Shown: piece by piece, positions 33,961 to 47,400 of the stretch
Layout: each line of letters opens with the position of its first letter
How positions within the stretch are numbered: the first letter of the stretch is position 1
Assembly (NCBI GenBank): GCA_000708835.1
Contig: DF237238.1
Coordinates: forward strand, 1 to 64,000
DNA length: 64,000 bases
Direction: 5' to 3'
Origin: Klebsormidium nitens
Lineage: Eukaryota; Plantae; Klebsormidiophyceae
The notes under the pieces: model-generated
What the model saw: only the letters and a program-made list of their open reading frames with translations
Databases searched by the model: none
What the model was told of the DNA's origin: nothing
Translations under genes and position numbers: made by a program

Positions 33961-34299
33961 TCCTCCTGCCCTTCTACCGTCGTCATGACGTTTAGACGGT
34001 GTGTCTTATGCATTAAGGGCACACCACCTTTACCATCGAGCAGGTTCCTGCTTCCGCTTTTTCCGCCACCTCGTGGTTTCGCAACAGACTCTGTCTCCTT
34101 CCGGTCCCGTTTTTCCTGACGCACTTGACTAGAGGAGACACCCTGCTTTGACTGGTGAATTGCAGAATGCGGGGTCAAGGTGTGACCGCACCCACTTCCT
34201 TCTGCCCCCAGTTGATCGCACAGCCACTGACCACTCAACCAGTTCTTCACCCAGCGCACTGCAACTCCTGCTTGCCCATGCACAACCCAAGGCATTTGA

Positions 34300-35110
34300 C
34301 ACCCGACTCACACAATAGCCAGAGCCCAACGTCCTCTTTCACGACTCAAATGAATATTGGGGACAGGCATGGGGCGCCAATTGGAGATGCTGAAGCTGAT
34401 GAGTTTCGGACATTTCAGTGAGAAATACTTGGTGAAAGCACTGAAGCCTGTGAAGGGAGTCTGCAGCCTCAGACTAGATAGTGTCTAGAGTCGGATGAGT
34501 CCGAGTCCACATGCAGGATTCCCGTGTGCCACTCGGCCAGAGCCCAGGGGCCAGAAAATGAGGAAGGCGCTCTTGAAAGCTTTCCATGGGGCGGCATTGC
34601 GCCACAATGCCCTCTGCTTGGCCAGTTTGGGGCTTCATTTGTTGTAATTGTACTCCTTGAAGCACAAATGCACCTCGCCCAGAGCTCAATTGTACAAAAT
34701 GTGAGGGATTGCGGGTTGATTGAACTGGAACTGGTGGGTCAGCAGTGCCGGCGGCACAATGCAGCAATCACCATCCGTGCTTCAAATTAAGGTGCGTTAG
34801 ATGCTGACGTCATGAATACAGCCGCTTCCTGACACTCCGCTCTGTAGGGCACCTCGCAAGAGGCTGCTTGAGGGGATGCTCCACTGGCGTGCACTTGCGA
34901 TGTGCCCGGCTTTGATGTGGTGTTGTTTGATCTGTGCACCTGATGGAAGCTACCATCAGCCCTATGATGAAACTCCTGGTCTTGTGCCCAAGCATCGCAG
35001 ATTTTTCGTTGTCTCCCTTGCTTTCACTGCATATATTGATTGTATCAAACCAGTGACCTTGTTTGTGTAGGCCGTACATGTGTCACCTGAGTAAGTCATC
35101 AGGCCAACGC
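34300..35110 (-). pseudogene. Decayed coding relic, possibly F-box/LRR-type
   Basis: One minus frame reads ...HILYN*ALGEVHLCFKEYNYNK*SPKL...CGLGLIRL*TLSSLRLQTPFTGFSAFTKYFSLKCPKLISFSI with repeated stops; IERWPDDLLR* lies near 35100. Similarity is weak. Confidence 0.3.
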
Positions 35111-35597
35111 TCAATTCTGAATTGGCAATTGAGAGGGATGCCCACACACACTCAATTGAAACCTCCAATGGGTATGTGCAAGTTCTACCGGAGTCCTGTG
35201 ACATCATTCAAAGAGCACTGTTGTCCAGCTAGCCCGGTGTCCTGCTGACGTAGGAAAGGACATGGTTGATGTAGCACTGACAAACAGCCTTTTGAGTCGA
35301 GAGAACTTGATCATTGGTTCAATCAAAGTACACCGTCCGTCTACATTTGTGCAACTCAGACAATCAAAGTGCATCAGCGCACAAGCCCTAGATCAGTTGC
35401 ACCGCCACCTTCGAGTAGCATCTGCATGGTGCACACCAAGTCCCTCATTGCCCTTGCCTTTTTCGTGGCACTGCTTAGACTGCATCGAGAAAAAGTTGCC
35501 ACCTCCAACTGGCAGACTGCCAATCTTAAGCATAAGGGCGCAGTTGCGAGCACAGCCGTGTAGGCATAGTGGTGGTAGTTGGACCGCCGGTCAAGGG

Positions 35598-37603
35598 ATG
35601 GCCGCAGTTACAGTACCGCCCAAGCTGCTGACGCTGCTTATCGTCCACAAGCTGGGGAGGGTTCTTCTGGGAAGGAAGAAGCGGGGGTAAGGCAAGTCTC
35701 CTCCGCTGCTAGTCGCTGATGGAAGCTGTCTCTAACCATGAATACTTCCCCAGGAACTCGTGGTTCCCCTTCCGATTCTTGGAAGTGATATTCGGAGATC
35801 AGACCTAGCCTCTGCATATATGTCGACTGAGTGCATACATGCCATCCAGTGTTTGCAAGGGCCAGGCGTTTTGGTGGCACTCCCTTTCTTTTGAAGTCCT
35901 TGAAGACACCATCTTTATGCCCTCACCAACAACAGGGCTCCTTGGAAGGTGTGGCAGAGTCTGCCTTGCAGCCTTCTGTGGACGCTGGAGATCCCTTATG
36001 TCCTTGACCTGTCTTTGACATTATGGTGGATTCTGCAAAACGTTTCCTGCAGTTTTGGGGAAGGCTACTACAATGGATTCGGTGGCAAGGTCGAACCTGG
36101 CGAGACAATCGAAGAGGCTGCAATCAGAGAGGTCAGGCCCACAACCTCCGTTAGTAAAAGCCTACTTATTTTGGGCGCATCAACTTGTTGCTCCCTTAAT
36201 TGATCACTATGAATTCTGCCCATACCAAGTGAATGTCTGAACCCACGATTAGTGCTGTCGAAGTGACCGTTTGGGTTTTGTGTCCAGATGCGAGAAGAGG
36301 CCGGTGTAGATCCGGTGGGGCTGGAGTGTCGAGGCCTCTTGACGTTCCACTTCGATGATCAGGAGCGGCCCTGGGAGGTGAGAGATCGACCCGCTCAGCC
36401 ACTCCTTTCGCCCTGTCGTTGCTCCATGCGTTTGCGTTTGGTCGCGAGTGGACGCTCTCTCTTTATCGGCACGTAGGTCGAAGTCCTAAACCGAGTCCGT
36501 ACTTACGTAGATCTCGCGGTTGAGAGGAGAGGCTTTGCGACGCTTGAAAAGATGCAAGGTGAAGAGAAAGTGCCGTCATGGTGTTTTGGTCATTCGTGTG
36601 CCTGCCACGAATCAACCCGCCTGGTATGTAAGAAAAGACAAACAAAAACCCAAATTTAAGAGTCTTTAATTTTACGCTCAGTAGTAACGACTGTCCGAGA
36701 TTTGAAGACGGGGACCGTCGTGAAATTTTCTTCAGGTACACGTGTACCATGCGGCGGATATTCGAGGGGAGCCCTGTGAAACGGACGAGATGGCTCCCGT
36801 TTGGTTTGCTGTTGACGATATCCCTTTTGGTAAGCCGAAGACCCTTTCCTCACATTGATCTCGAGTGCACTGGACAAACTGCATCTAGTCGAAGAAGGAG
36901 GAAACCCAGACGCTGGCTTGAAGATGCGACGCCTGCGAGTGACTCATACCTTTCTTTCAGTTTTCGCTGCGCTGCGCAATACAGTTTTCGTGAAAAGGTT
37001 TGTGTAGGGCACGTATGCAGAAACACGATCTTATTTTCAACAAACCTATGCTCCGTCTCCCTCACCGGTTGCATTCCCTGGATATGATTCGGAACGTGAT
37101 TTTAAGTATGTTTCGAAAGAAATGACGGGAAGATGGTTGCCGACTTGCAAGCGACGGGTTGTCACGTACATTAGCGACTTCATAAGGTCGACTCCATGGA
37201 GTCGATAGCCCACGGCTTACTCGAGGGTTCGCTTGATGTAAGTTGAAGTCAGGCATCATGACTTGTGAGGTCGGCCTCTGTAGATCGAATGTGGGCCGAC
37301 GATCCCCACTGGTATCCCATCTTCTTGCAAGGCAAGTTCCAACTTACTGTCCTGCTGCCACAATTTTATGCAATTGTTTGCGAAACCTTGCAATGCGTTG
37401 CACAGAGGCGTAAGGTGCTTGAATGTAGCACACAGCTATAATCAGTCAAGAAACACGCTCGCATATACCCATTGCGGCCGTTGCTACCTCTGGTCAAGTA
37501 CCGCTTGACAGCTTGTTTGATTTTTGCAGGGAAGAAGTTTAAAGGCACCTTCCACTTTCAGAATACGCATACTATGACCTCACATGCAGTGCAGGTCCTA
37601 TGA
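35598..37603 (+). CDS. NUDT1: MTH1/NUDT1-type Nudix hydrolase (oxidized purine nucleoside triphosphatase)
   Basis: KLLTLLIVHKLGRVLLGRKKRG|FGEGYYNGFGGKVEPGETIEEAAIRE|MREEAG...|VHVY...EPCETDEMAPVWF...IPF|DRMWADDPHWYPIFLQG|KKFKGTFHF: Nudix box plus MTH1-specific motifs. Confidence 0.9.
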
Positions 37604-38776
37604 AAGTGAGGTTGTTGACAGTTGCAAGTTGCCACAGTGATTGCTTACGCAAGTTACTTGAAACCAATCACTGCACGTGTGCTTGCGCAATTATTAATCT
37701 CAATCTCCGATACAGAACGATTGAAGGTAACCCTGTACAAGCATTAGCTTTGTTTACACTGCACTATTGCATACCTACGCGCCGGTTAGGCCATATGACA
37801 GCTTCTATCGAAAAGGACCGTTTCGACCAACAAGAAGCAATGTAATGGTTCGATGGTGCATTGGTTGATTGTGCAAATGAGGTTGATACGTGCATCAGAC
37901 ATGGCATCATTGCAATCGTAGCCTCAGTCGATTGTCCACTGAGGGCCGCAAACTTGGTCACCGGCGTCATGCACCAATGATGCTTGCGTAGTCCAGCTTT
38001 AGGACATCTCTCCGCACCAAACCGGCCCTTGCAGGCTACACTAAGCTGATCTCACCCGTCCCACTACCTTCATGAGAATTAATCAACTGGGACATGCATC
38101 ATGACTAGGGCTGCATGATCGCTATCAAAAAGATTCTATGCGCTCAACATAACTTAAGGAGCCGCCCGCACTAATTTGAAGTGTGAGAACAAACATGATA
38201 AGAGCATGTTCGCAACTCAGTACAGTATCCATGAATCTGGAAGTCGTTCGAGGCCCGCGTAGTTGCATCGCATGAAAGCGCTCACTTGCGGGTTGAACTC
38301 CGATGATCATGCAGTTGCTTACCATAATTTGATCACTAAGAGCGAGTCCATTGGAGGGATTTGATGAGATAGAAAGTGGAATGCATCACCCCGAGATTGA
38401 AGCAATCCCAGTGACTGAAAAACCATGTGAAAGACATGGTTGGCCCCATCAATGCGGTCCCGCTTGCCAACCCCATCCAATCCCTCGATCATCCTAAGCG
38501 TAAAACCGAAACCTCATCATTAGCAGCTAAACCAACCTCTATTTACAACTACCCAGAAGCTGACCGTCCGCTAGTTGCGCTGTTTGCAATGAGAGACTAG
38601 CTTTTGAGCCCTACATCACGTGATGGATGCAATGCTTCTTACCTTCCGAATTTGCAGCGCTTGCGCATGTTTTCTGTCGCTTCAGAAACCTTAGCACCTC
38701 CTTTCTAATCGAACAGTCTTTGCATTGGCAGTCTTGCGGTAAAGGAAAATTCAGTATGAGAAAGCCTTGCCAGCTC

Positions 38777-39948
38777 CTAATAATCACTCCGTTTCTTTGC
38801 AAAGCGCAAACATCGATAGTTTTCTTTTCCCAGGGTAATTTCTAGTACCCCGTCCCCCTCCTCAGCTTTTCCTTCGAACACCCGTTTTTGCTTGTCTAGA
38901 GCAAGTCGCTCCTCCCTTAGCTTCCTCTCCGCATCTTCGCATGCTCGCTGCAAGAAGTTCAGATACACTTACTAAGCCAACTCAGCTCAAAGGACACCCG
39001 TGTGTCTAACGTAGTGAACTAGACTCTTAAAAGCATGACCAGAGGTAGACCAAGCTCTCTCCGACTTCATAAAGATTTGAAAGATATGAGTGTCTTCTTA
39101 TCTGATGCAAGTGCACAAACAGGCTTTGCCTCCTTGTGATGAGCAGAGCAACCTGTCAGGAACAACCTCAAATCTCATAGATAATGGCTTCAAGTCACCC
39201 ACTCAGTGCGGTGGCTTGACGTACATTGTGCCTCTTGAATCGGGCCAGCGACTCTGAGATGTAGGACACTGACTCCTGAATCCCATCACCTTCCCTGTAT
39301 GATTCATCCAACATCACCCACCCAGAATCTGCTCTACTACAAGAACCTCACTTGAGTGAACTCCTTTTTGCCTTACAGTCGGTCGTCTAAGATCTGGGAC
39401 TCTGGCAGGTCGCTGGAGGCTGCTTTCAAGACCATGCCTATCTCCAAATCAGTCTCAAATGGGCATTGCATTACAGTGCTGCTAAGAGCCTGCTGCTGTT
39501 CAGAACCCTAGCGTTTTGAAGCTGGACATTGCTGGAAGTGACTACAACAGCAGGAAATTCTGGGGCTTTCCACTTAGCGACCCGGAAGATAAGCAAGTGA
39601 TGTATCGAGCGACCCAACCATGTAAGGTTCTCAGGAAACTGTCAGATGTCCCAGCCTAACAATGACCTCGCCAAATTACCATACATGGACATACATGAGG
39701 GCCTGAACAAGCTTGAACGGCAGAAGGATGTCCAGAAAGAGGGTGCTGCGCTCATTGGCAGAGCCTACCTCTCGTCGCTCCAGCTCCCTCTTCCATGCAG
39801 ACTCTCGCTCTTCCATTTCAAATTCCCGTTCTTGAAAATGCCTGTGAAAGTCCTTTTCTCTTGCCTCTTGCTCCTCTTTCTCTTTATTCAACTGATTCTT
39901 TAATTTGCCCACAAAATCGCTGATCATATTGTACGTCGGATCTGACAT
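38777..39948 (-). CDS. Small conserved plant-type coiled-coil protein (2 exons, ~116 aa)
   Basis: Exons 39948-39769 and 38947-38777 join in phase 0: ...ESAWKRELERRE|RACEDAERKLREERLALDKQKRVFEG...DGVLEITLGKENYRCLRFAKK. The C-terminal DGxLEIxxxxExYRCLRF motif is recalled from uncharacterised land-plant proteins. Confidence 0.7.
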
Positions 39949-41441
39949 CTTTCCTGTTGTCAGGCCAGACAATTGCTTCTCTTTGCTTGATTGAAAGCTC
40001 TCCTGGATGCTTGCAGCGGTTGCACAGGATTCAAACAGTCCCCCAACAAATCAGGCCTTGGTGGCCACAGCCTCAGGACAGCTCGCACCTTTTCGCTCTT
40101 CTGCAGATGCTGCATTTGGAGAGCTGACCTTCACTGTCAGACATGGTTTCTTTAGACGAATTTGCAAGGATTCTTCCTGCCAAAAAATTGTGGAACAGTG
40201 GGGTACCTATACGTACGGCCCAAATCTGGATCATTAGCGCCACAATGTCAAATTCAATGACAATGTATCCGTTGTTCCTGCTTGAAATGTTACGAGATTA
40301 TGGCCGAAGTAGATATTCCAATCAAACGGTGGTCATATGCAACCATTCTTGCCAGTTTCCTTCTGACATCAACTGGTCAAATAAATACCCACACCTAGCG
40401 CCATGCCAGTGGACTAGAACCCATTCTGACTCGCAAGAGCAAGAAGAGCTTTTGCACTGCATCGGGGTCCAGGTTTACAAAAAGGGGCGGGCAGTCGTTG
40501 TGGTTCGTTGCTATCCATCCAGCACATCAAGAAGGACCGCCGGTGGTAAGAGAAAGGACTCTCTTCTAATGGGTGAGTGAGCCTTGTCTTGCTTGACTTT
40601 TGGATGCAATCAGCTGGTGATTGACATCAAAGTTTCATTATCATGTTTTCGAGATTCAAAGAGACTTACAAGGTTCTCTGACATCGCTGGGCAAGATCTT
40701 TCAAGCTGCAATCTATCAACATTAGCGTGTAATTAAAGAGTTCCATTTACCCTTGATTTTAATAGCGTCTCTAATCAAGTGGGGATGCTCGTCGATTTGT
40801 GTCAACTTTCTGCTTTTAAGGTTCTTACATTTGTTGACCCGACTTGGGGTACACTGGTCGCTGCATTTTGATGTGCTTCATCGGTCCTCCCTGTAGCCCA
40901 CACCATTTTGCCTTCGGTAGACTTTTGATCACTTGCAGCAGATTGGGTGGTGCCTGGCCATAGGAATTAGAAGGGTGAAAGAAGGCTCTCCGTCAAAATC
41001 CTGTATATGCTTTCTTCTGAAGAGATGCGTCTCATTTGAGACGTGCGGATCTTCTTAAGACCATTTGTTTTAAGACATGTATATTGGACTCTTGCTAGAC
41101 TTGATACTGATTAGGGTTTGTAGAAACATTCCAAGTGCCTCTCAGTATCGCTTAGAGTTTATGACCACTAGCAGAAGCTTGTTCACAAGGGTCAGCTGAA
41201 AATTGTTTAGAAAAGACCATCGTACCCCAAAATGGTGGTCATTGTTGATGATTCTCTTCATTCACTCTGAAGGACTCTGTCAACAAGTTGGGTGGCAATC
41301 AGAGTCCACTTCATTCAAAACGTGCTAGGTTGAGCTTGTCAGTGCAATCAAAGTTGTTTGAAGCAGGAAGTGCCAAATTGTTGACAATTCTCCTGTTTCG
41401 GTCATGTCTCAGGTCCCAAAGAGCTCAGTGGTGATGCCTAG

Positions 41442-44400
41442 ATGGCTGGCCGTAGCATAGCAGGCAGAGGGCTGGGCAGCTATGGGGTGGATCGCCGCTT
41501 TGATGGCGATGCCAGACCGCCTTTTGACGAGCCGCCCAACCCTCGGGCGTGGCCTGGCGGAGGCGGGGGCAGGAGTGGGTTCAGCAGGGCTGGGAGAGGT
41601 CCTCCGGTATGCTTCAACTGCCAAAAGCCAGGGCACATGCGAAGCGCCTGCCCGAGTGCCCCCACTGGCGGACGCTTCTCTGGCCCCGCAGCGGAGCGGG
41701 GGTCAATGCTGAGGGACGCGCGAGAGCTCGAGTATGGGGACAGGGACTCGGGGTTCCCCCAACAAGGACGGCTCAACGGCACGACACTTGGTGGGCCGCC
41801 AGAGAGGTGGCACAGGCCTGGGGATGAGTATGCTGGTGCCCACTTCAATCCCCCAGGGGCAGGGCCGCCTAGGGGGGGAGGCGGCAGGGGGGGGTGCTAC
41901 ACGTGTGGACAATCGGGACACTTTGCAAGAGAGTGTCCTAGCAGGAGGGAGCCAGCGGGGCCCCCCGGGCGCAGAAATGAGGAGGAAGATTGGCGGAGCC
42001 CCCCTCGAAAGGCCGGAGTCAATGGGGTCGCTCGGAAGGTGTGGCTCTACGAAGACCTGGAAGGGAAGCTGCGGGGGCCCTATGACCTGGAGCAACTCCA
42101 AAAGTGGCTCCAAAGCGGCCACTTTGAAGTCGACCAGATTGTCTGCGCTGAGGGCAGTGTGCAGCGGACCACCCTCGGGCGAGTTCTCGGCCTGCCGCCA
42201 CGCCAGGATCCTGGCCCCCAGTCACGGCCGCCGAATGCTCCGTCCATGCAGAGAGAAGATCCCCCTTTCCATGCAGCAGACAAACCCCCCCCGCCGCGGA
42301 AGTCTCGTTTCGATAGCTGGTCCTCCCAGGTGCCGGCCGAGCCCTCTGGCTGCCCTCCGCCTGGCTTTTCCCCTGCTGCACCAATGTTACCCATCAAGTC
42401 CGCTCAGCTCCCGAGACTGCACATACCTGACGGCCCCTCCCCTCCAGTACCAGGACCCCCGCTATCGAGCACGCCGCCACCTGCGGACACTCCTTCAGTG
42501 GCAGCAACCCCGTCCATCGTTAGTAGCATCTCTCCTAGTCCCGCAACCAGCGTCAGCCCCCACCCACACGGGTTTGCTTTCCCTACACCCCCCGCAGCTC
42601 AATCGCCCGCAACGCATGGGCGGCCATCTCAGGCGTCGCAGCCAAGCGAGAACCCTGGCAAGGAACACCAGCCTGCAGTGTCGGTGTTGCAAAACGGACA
42701 GGCTTGGGGTAATGCGGTCGCGGTGCTAGAAAAAGAGACCCCGACGCCGCACATCCAGTGGGAGAACGGGTATGATGGGACGTCCGACTTGTCGGGGAGT
42801 GAGCCGGGAAGCCCGATGCACATGAGCCCCCGCGCTGCGCTGGGGCAGCAGCTGCTGGATCAGCTGGACTCACCGAAGCAGGAGATCTCCAGGAGGGTGG
42901 AGCGCATCCTGCGAGACGCAGAGCTTGGGGATGAGGCGCCAGTGGAACAGCGAATGGACGTTGTGATTGGTGAGCGTGCTTCTCCTTGGAAGCTCCCAGA
43001 TATATGACGAGGTTTTTGTCCAAGGGTATAAGCAGAGAGTAAGTAAGGTGATGAGCAGCATGGCAGTGGTGTTATGGTGTCGTGAGGCTGAGGCGTAACT
43101 TGAAGCCAACCCGTACTTGCTGAACTTCAAGTGAGTAATCTGAGTCTCATGAGCAGGCAAGATATGTTCCAGTCAAGCACTACACTTATTTGAGAACGCG
43201 GCGTGAGCAGATAGAGGTTGTTGTCGCTTGGAAACAGCAGACACCACGTTTTATTTCTGAAAAGTATTCGACCGTATTTGGTTTTTTTGTTCGCAGGCAT
43301 TCTGGGCCGCAGGTTGCTGGACAGAGAGGGCAAGGAGGAGAAGGAGATGAGGAGCTTCGGTGAGTGCAAATGCTTCTGATTAGGGAAAATGTTGCTCTTT
43401 GGGTGCTCCATCTGTCAGTTCTGGGTGGTAAGTTGAAACAAGGATTCACCTGGGTGACAAAAGAAGGGAACATCAAAAGTCGCCAATCATCCTTGAAGAA
43501 AAGTGTCCTTCAAGGGTGACGTTGAAGAGGAATGCGGTGCCGAGTACACTACGAGGTGCTTCCAAGTTTCTTGCTGTTTCAGTAGTCTTTCTTGTTGCTA
43601 AGCTTATCAGTTGAGTAAACAAGGACTTTTTGATTCGCTCCAGCTTCACAAATTCTTTGTCAAAATTGCTCATTGTGTAGTTTGTTCCGCTCTGTCTTTC
43701 CGCTTTCCTCTCATGTGACAATTCGTCCTTAACCTCATCCTCTTCTCCAGTGTATGGGTCTCACGCTGAAGTGGAACCAGAGGTCCCCATCGTCTCTGCC
43801 TGGAAGCATGGGTACGGCTTTGGCGAGATGGTCGCCGCAGAGGCCCGGGAATCCAGCGCTGCCCCCTCGAACGAGTTCAATCTGGACCCCGACCTTTTTT
43901 ACCATGCTTACGGACCCGGAAATAGTGGCAAGGGCGGCCAACAATTCTACCACGACGAGGAGGCGGCTCTAGGGGAGCCCGACCATGAGGGCGGGGCGCC
44001 AGTCTACGAATTGGACAGGGAGCGGGAGAAGCAGGACCCCGCAAAGTGGCTGCTCCGGGGGGGGGACTGGAAGCTGGAGAACGACCCCCAGCTGAAGCTA
44101 GACGACGAGACTGTAAACCCACCTCCGCTTTGTAAGTACGTGCTGAACCGGGGGCTGCCGCTGTGTGGGGAGGAGGCTCCTGAGGTCGATCCGGAGCTGG
44201 GGGAGGGGCCAAAAGACCCGAGGCTTGGGGGCTCATTCAGGGCGGCAATGCAAGAGGCAGTGCGGGCCGACTTCGCGAAACTAGAGGTGCCAGCGTTCGG
44301 GCAGGGGGGGATCCCGGCCACGCTGCTGAAAGCAGCGGAAAAGGCGCGGGCGAGCCGCCCTGTTACGGCCTCCCCGAGCCCGTCAATAACATCACCCACG

Positions 44401-47400
44401 GAGAACGTTCGGCCGCCGGTTCCCGCAAGAAAGATCCCGAAAAAGCCCGGTGCTGTCGTAAAGAAAGCGGGAGTTTTGAAGAAGACGCCTTCAACTCCGG
44501 GACTGGCAAAAAGTGAGGCGGCAACTCCGTCTCCGTCTGGGGCAGGGTCCGAGACGCCAGTTCTGGCCAGGCTCAAAGTCGAAGCGGGCGAGCAGAAAGC
44601 GGGCGGGAGGTCGGAGTCTCCTGCAGCGCGGGCGCTCGCCAACGGGCTCCCTCGAAAATCTTCCCAGCTGGCATCCACTCCCAAGGACTCTCCCAAGGAC
44701 ACGCCAAGGAAGGCAAGGGCTTCCAAATGGGACGAGGGCAAGCCAGGGATGAAGCCAGCGGAGCGGCCCCCAAAGAAGATGAGCCTGGCAGAGGCGGTAG
44801 AGGCGGCAAAGCGGGAGGCTTCGAAGCTGGGGCCGGAAGAGGGGCAGTGGTTTTACTTGGACGGCCAGGGCTTGCCTCGGGGGCCGCACTCCCTGCCCCA
44901 GTTGCGGGTCATGGCGTCACAGGGCAAGATAATGGAGGGCATCAGTGCCTGGCGCATGGCTGACGACACCTGGACTCCGATCACCAAGCAGCCGCTTACC
45001 CGCACCCCGCCTCGGTTCCCGCTTCCCTCGGGGCCATTCACACCCGGCCCGCCCCCGCCAGGCTATGCTGGGCCCTGGCCCCGGGCTCCGTCACTGGGAA
45101 TGCCCGCCTGGCAGCCTCCGCGGAGGGGTGTGCCTTTCCAGCCGCCTTTGCCGCCGGGGCTGCCTCCTGGGGGGTCGGTAACGCCTTCCCGGAGCAGGTG
45201 TGAGGAGCCCGCCAAAGTGGGGAAGGCGGACGAGAGGAGTGTGCCGGCGCAGCTGGTGGCGATGGTGCGGGGGAAGCTGCACGAGCAGGTGGTCAAGACG
45301 GCGCGCACCAAGGTCCTGGACGCCGCCATCGATGCTGCGCTCGGGGCGTGGTTGCAAGCGAAACTGGGTGGGCCTCTTGCCCCAGAGCCAACGGAGCCGG
45401 AAGCTCCAAGGAGGCGGGTAGGAGAAGTGGAAACCGCTGGAGAGGATCTGACAGACAGCGCGTCTGCAGCAGTTCCGAGCGAGGGGGGGACAGAGCAGGC
45501 GGAAGCAGCGCCCCCCCAGGAGGAGAGGCCGGCGTCGGCAGACGCGGCTGGACCGCGGGAGCCGTTTGCGAACGAGGCGGAGGACCCGGAGGCATTGCGG
45601 TCGCTGGAAAAGTTCCTCAAGAGCCGGCGGTCCATTGCGTACATCTTCCTGGATGCGTGCAAGTCGGCGCGGGGGGGCATGGACATGGCGCTGCTGGCGC
45701 GCTATGCGTGCGTGTGCAAGGGCTTCCGGAAGGGCGCGGAACTGGCCAAGCTGCGCATGTTCAAGGCGGACTTCTCGGGCCTTGCCGAGCGCTGCAGCGA
45801 TGCTGCGCTCAAGTCGCTCGAGGTAAGGCTACTGTTCCTCTGGATTCTGGATAGCTCATGGTATTTGGCCTGCTGCAGGCCAAGTCAATTGCAGACTCGT
45901 ATTTGTGGCCCGACTAGTGCGCCCTACCGCGAGTGAGTTCGGCCGAAGAGCATTGCGTTATTGCTGTTCCCGGATGTTCTTTTGCAGAAAGTCGGCAGCC
46001 GGAGTTCAGTATGCTTTGCAGAGTGTCTGTCAGCGGTCGCAAGCATTTTGGCCTTTCCTAGCAAGGCAGCGGGAGGCCCTTCCTGCTGTCCGTCGTCGAA
46101 ATTCCATTCGTCCCCGGTCTTCAGCGCCGAAAATAATGTCCCCTCTCCATCCGTAAGTCCCTTTTCCTCTTCTCCAGACTTGCGGGGAGGGCCTGGTCAA
46201 GTTCGTGTACCTGAACGGCTGCGTCAATGTGACCCCCGAGGCCGTCGAAGACCTGCTGCGCGCGCAGCCCAGCATTCGCTGCGTCGACATCCAGGGCTGC
46301 GTGCAGCTCTACTCGCTCGCGCGCAGCACGGCGCACATCAAGTGGCGCAACCTGCCGGAGGCGTTGCTAGAGGTGCCGGGCGGCGCAAATGCGCTGCCGC
46401 CGGAGCTCTTGGAGGACCAGCAGAAGCGGCGCGAGAAGTTCGCCAAGGCGCGCCAGCTGCGCGGCATCGAGCGCATCCTGGACGAGATTAGGAAGCTGGA
46501 CGAGGCCAAGATCTTCCTTGTGCCGGTGAGCAGGGTTTGGGAAAGTTTTTGCTGTTGTCCGTGGGACAGCTCCAGGAACCAGCTCGTCAGGCACTTCAGC
46601 TTGGTGGACGACTGCACCCTTAATAAAGTGCTTGAGATTGACTTCTCTGTCAGGCTCTCGCAAGTCTTCTCTCAATGGACAAGATGGCCTCCACGAGCTT
46701 ATATACGAGCTTATTTACGAGCTTTGGATATACTCAAGTCCTGGAAGAGGGATAGTCTTCATACGACGCTCCTTTCGTGACAACGTACTCCGCATCTTTC
46801 ATCAAAGTAACGAAACGGTTGTTTGCTGATGATGTGCCAGGTGTCCGAGGAGCAGTACCCCAACTACAGCAAGGTCATTCAGCGGCCCATTGCCCTGGTG
46901 ACTATGCGCCAGCGGCTCAAGGGGCGCTACCTCCCGCTTGGGAAGGGAGTCGACCGCTTCAGAGAGGACATGGACCTCATGTTTGACAACGCCAAACGGT
47001 GAGGCGGCTCTCTCGTTCGCTCGTTGGTGTTCCATTTTTGTGCCGCCGAAACTTGCACTGTGCAGCTTTCCCGACAGGTGTAAGATGCAAATTTTGGAGT
47101 GGAGTGGGATCCGGGCTTTCCAGATGAGTAGATAGCGGGGCCTCAATTCAATCGATCTCTGGTCTCTTGCGCGACTGAGCATGCCAAGTAAGTTGCCTGC
47201 TACTGACATACGCGAATGTGGTCGTACCTTACGTTCATGCTTTTAAATGTCACCTGATTTCCCTCTTCTCGACCCCCCAGGTTTAACCGCGAGGGCACGT
47301 TCTACTACAAGGAGGCAGTGCGCCTGCAAAAAGTGGCCGACAAGTTGCTGGACCACTTAGAGGCGCGCGTTCAGGGCACGCTCGACGGCACCGTTCCCGT

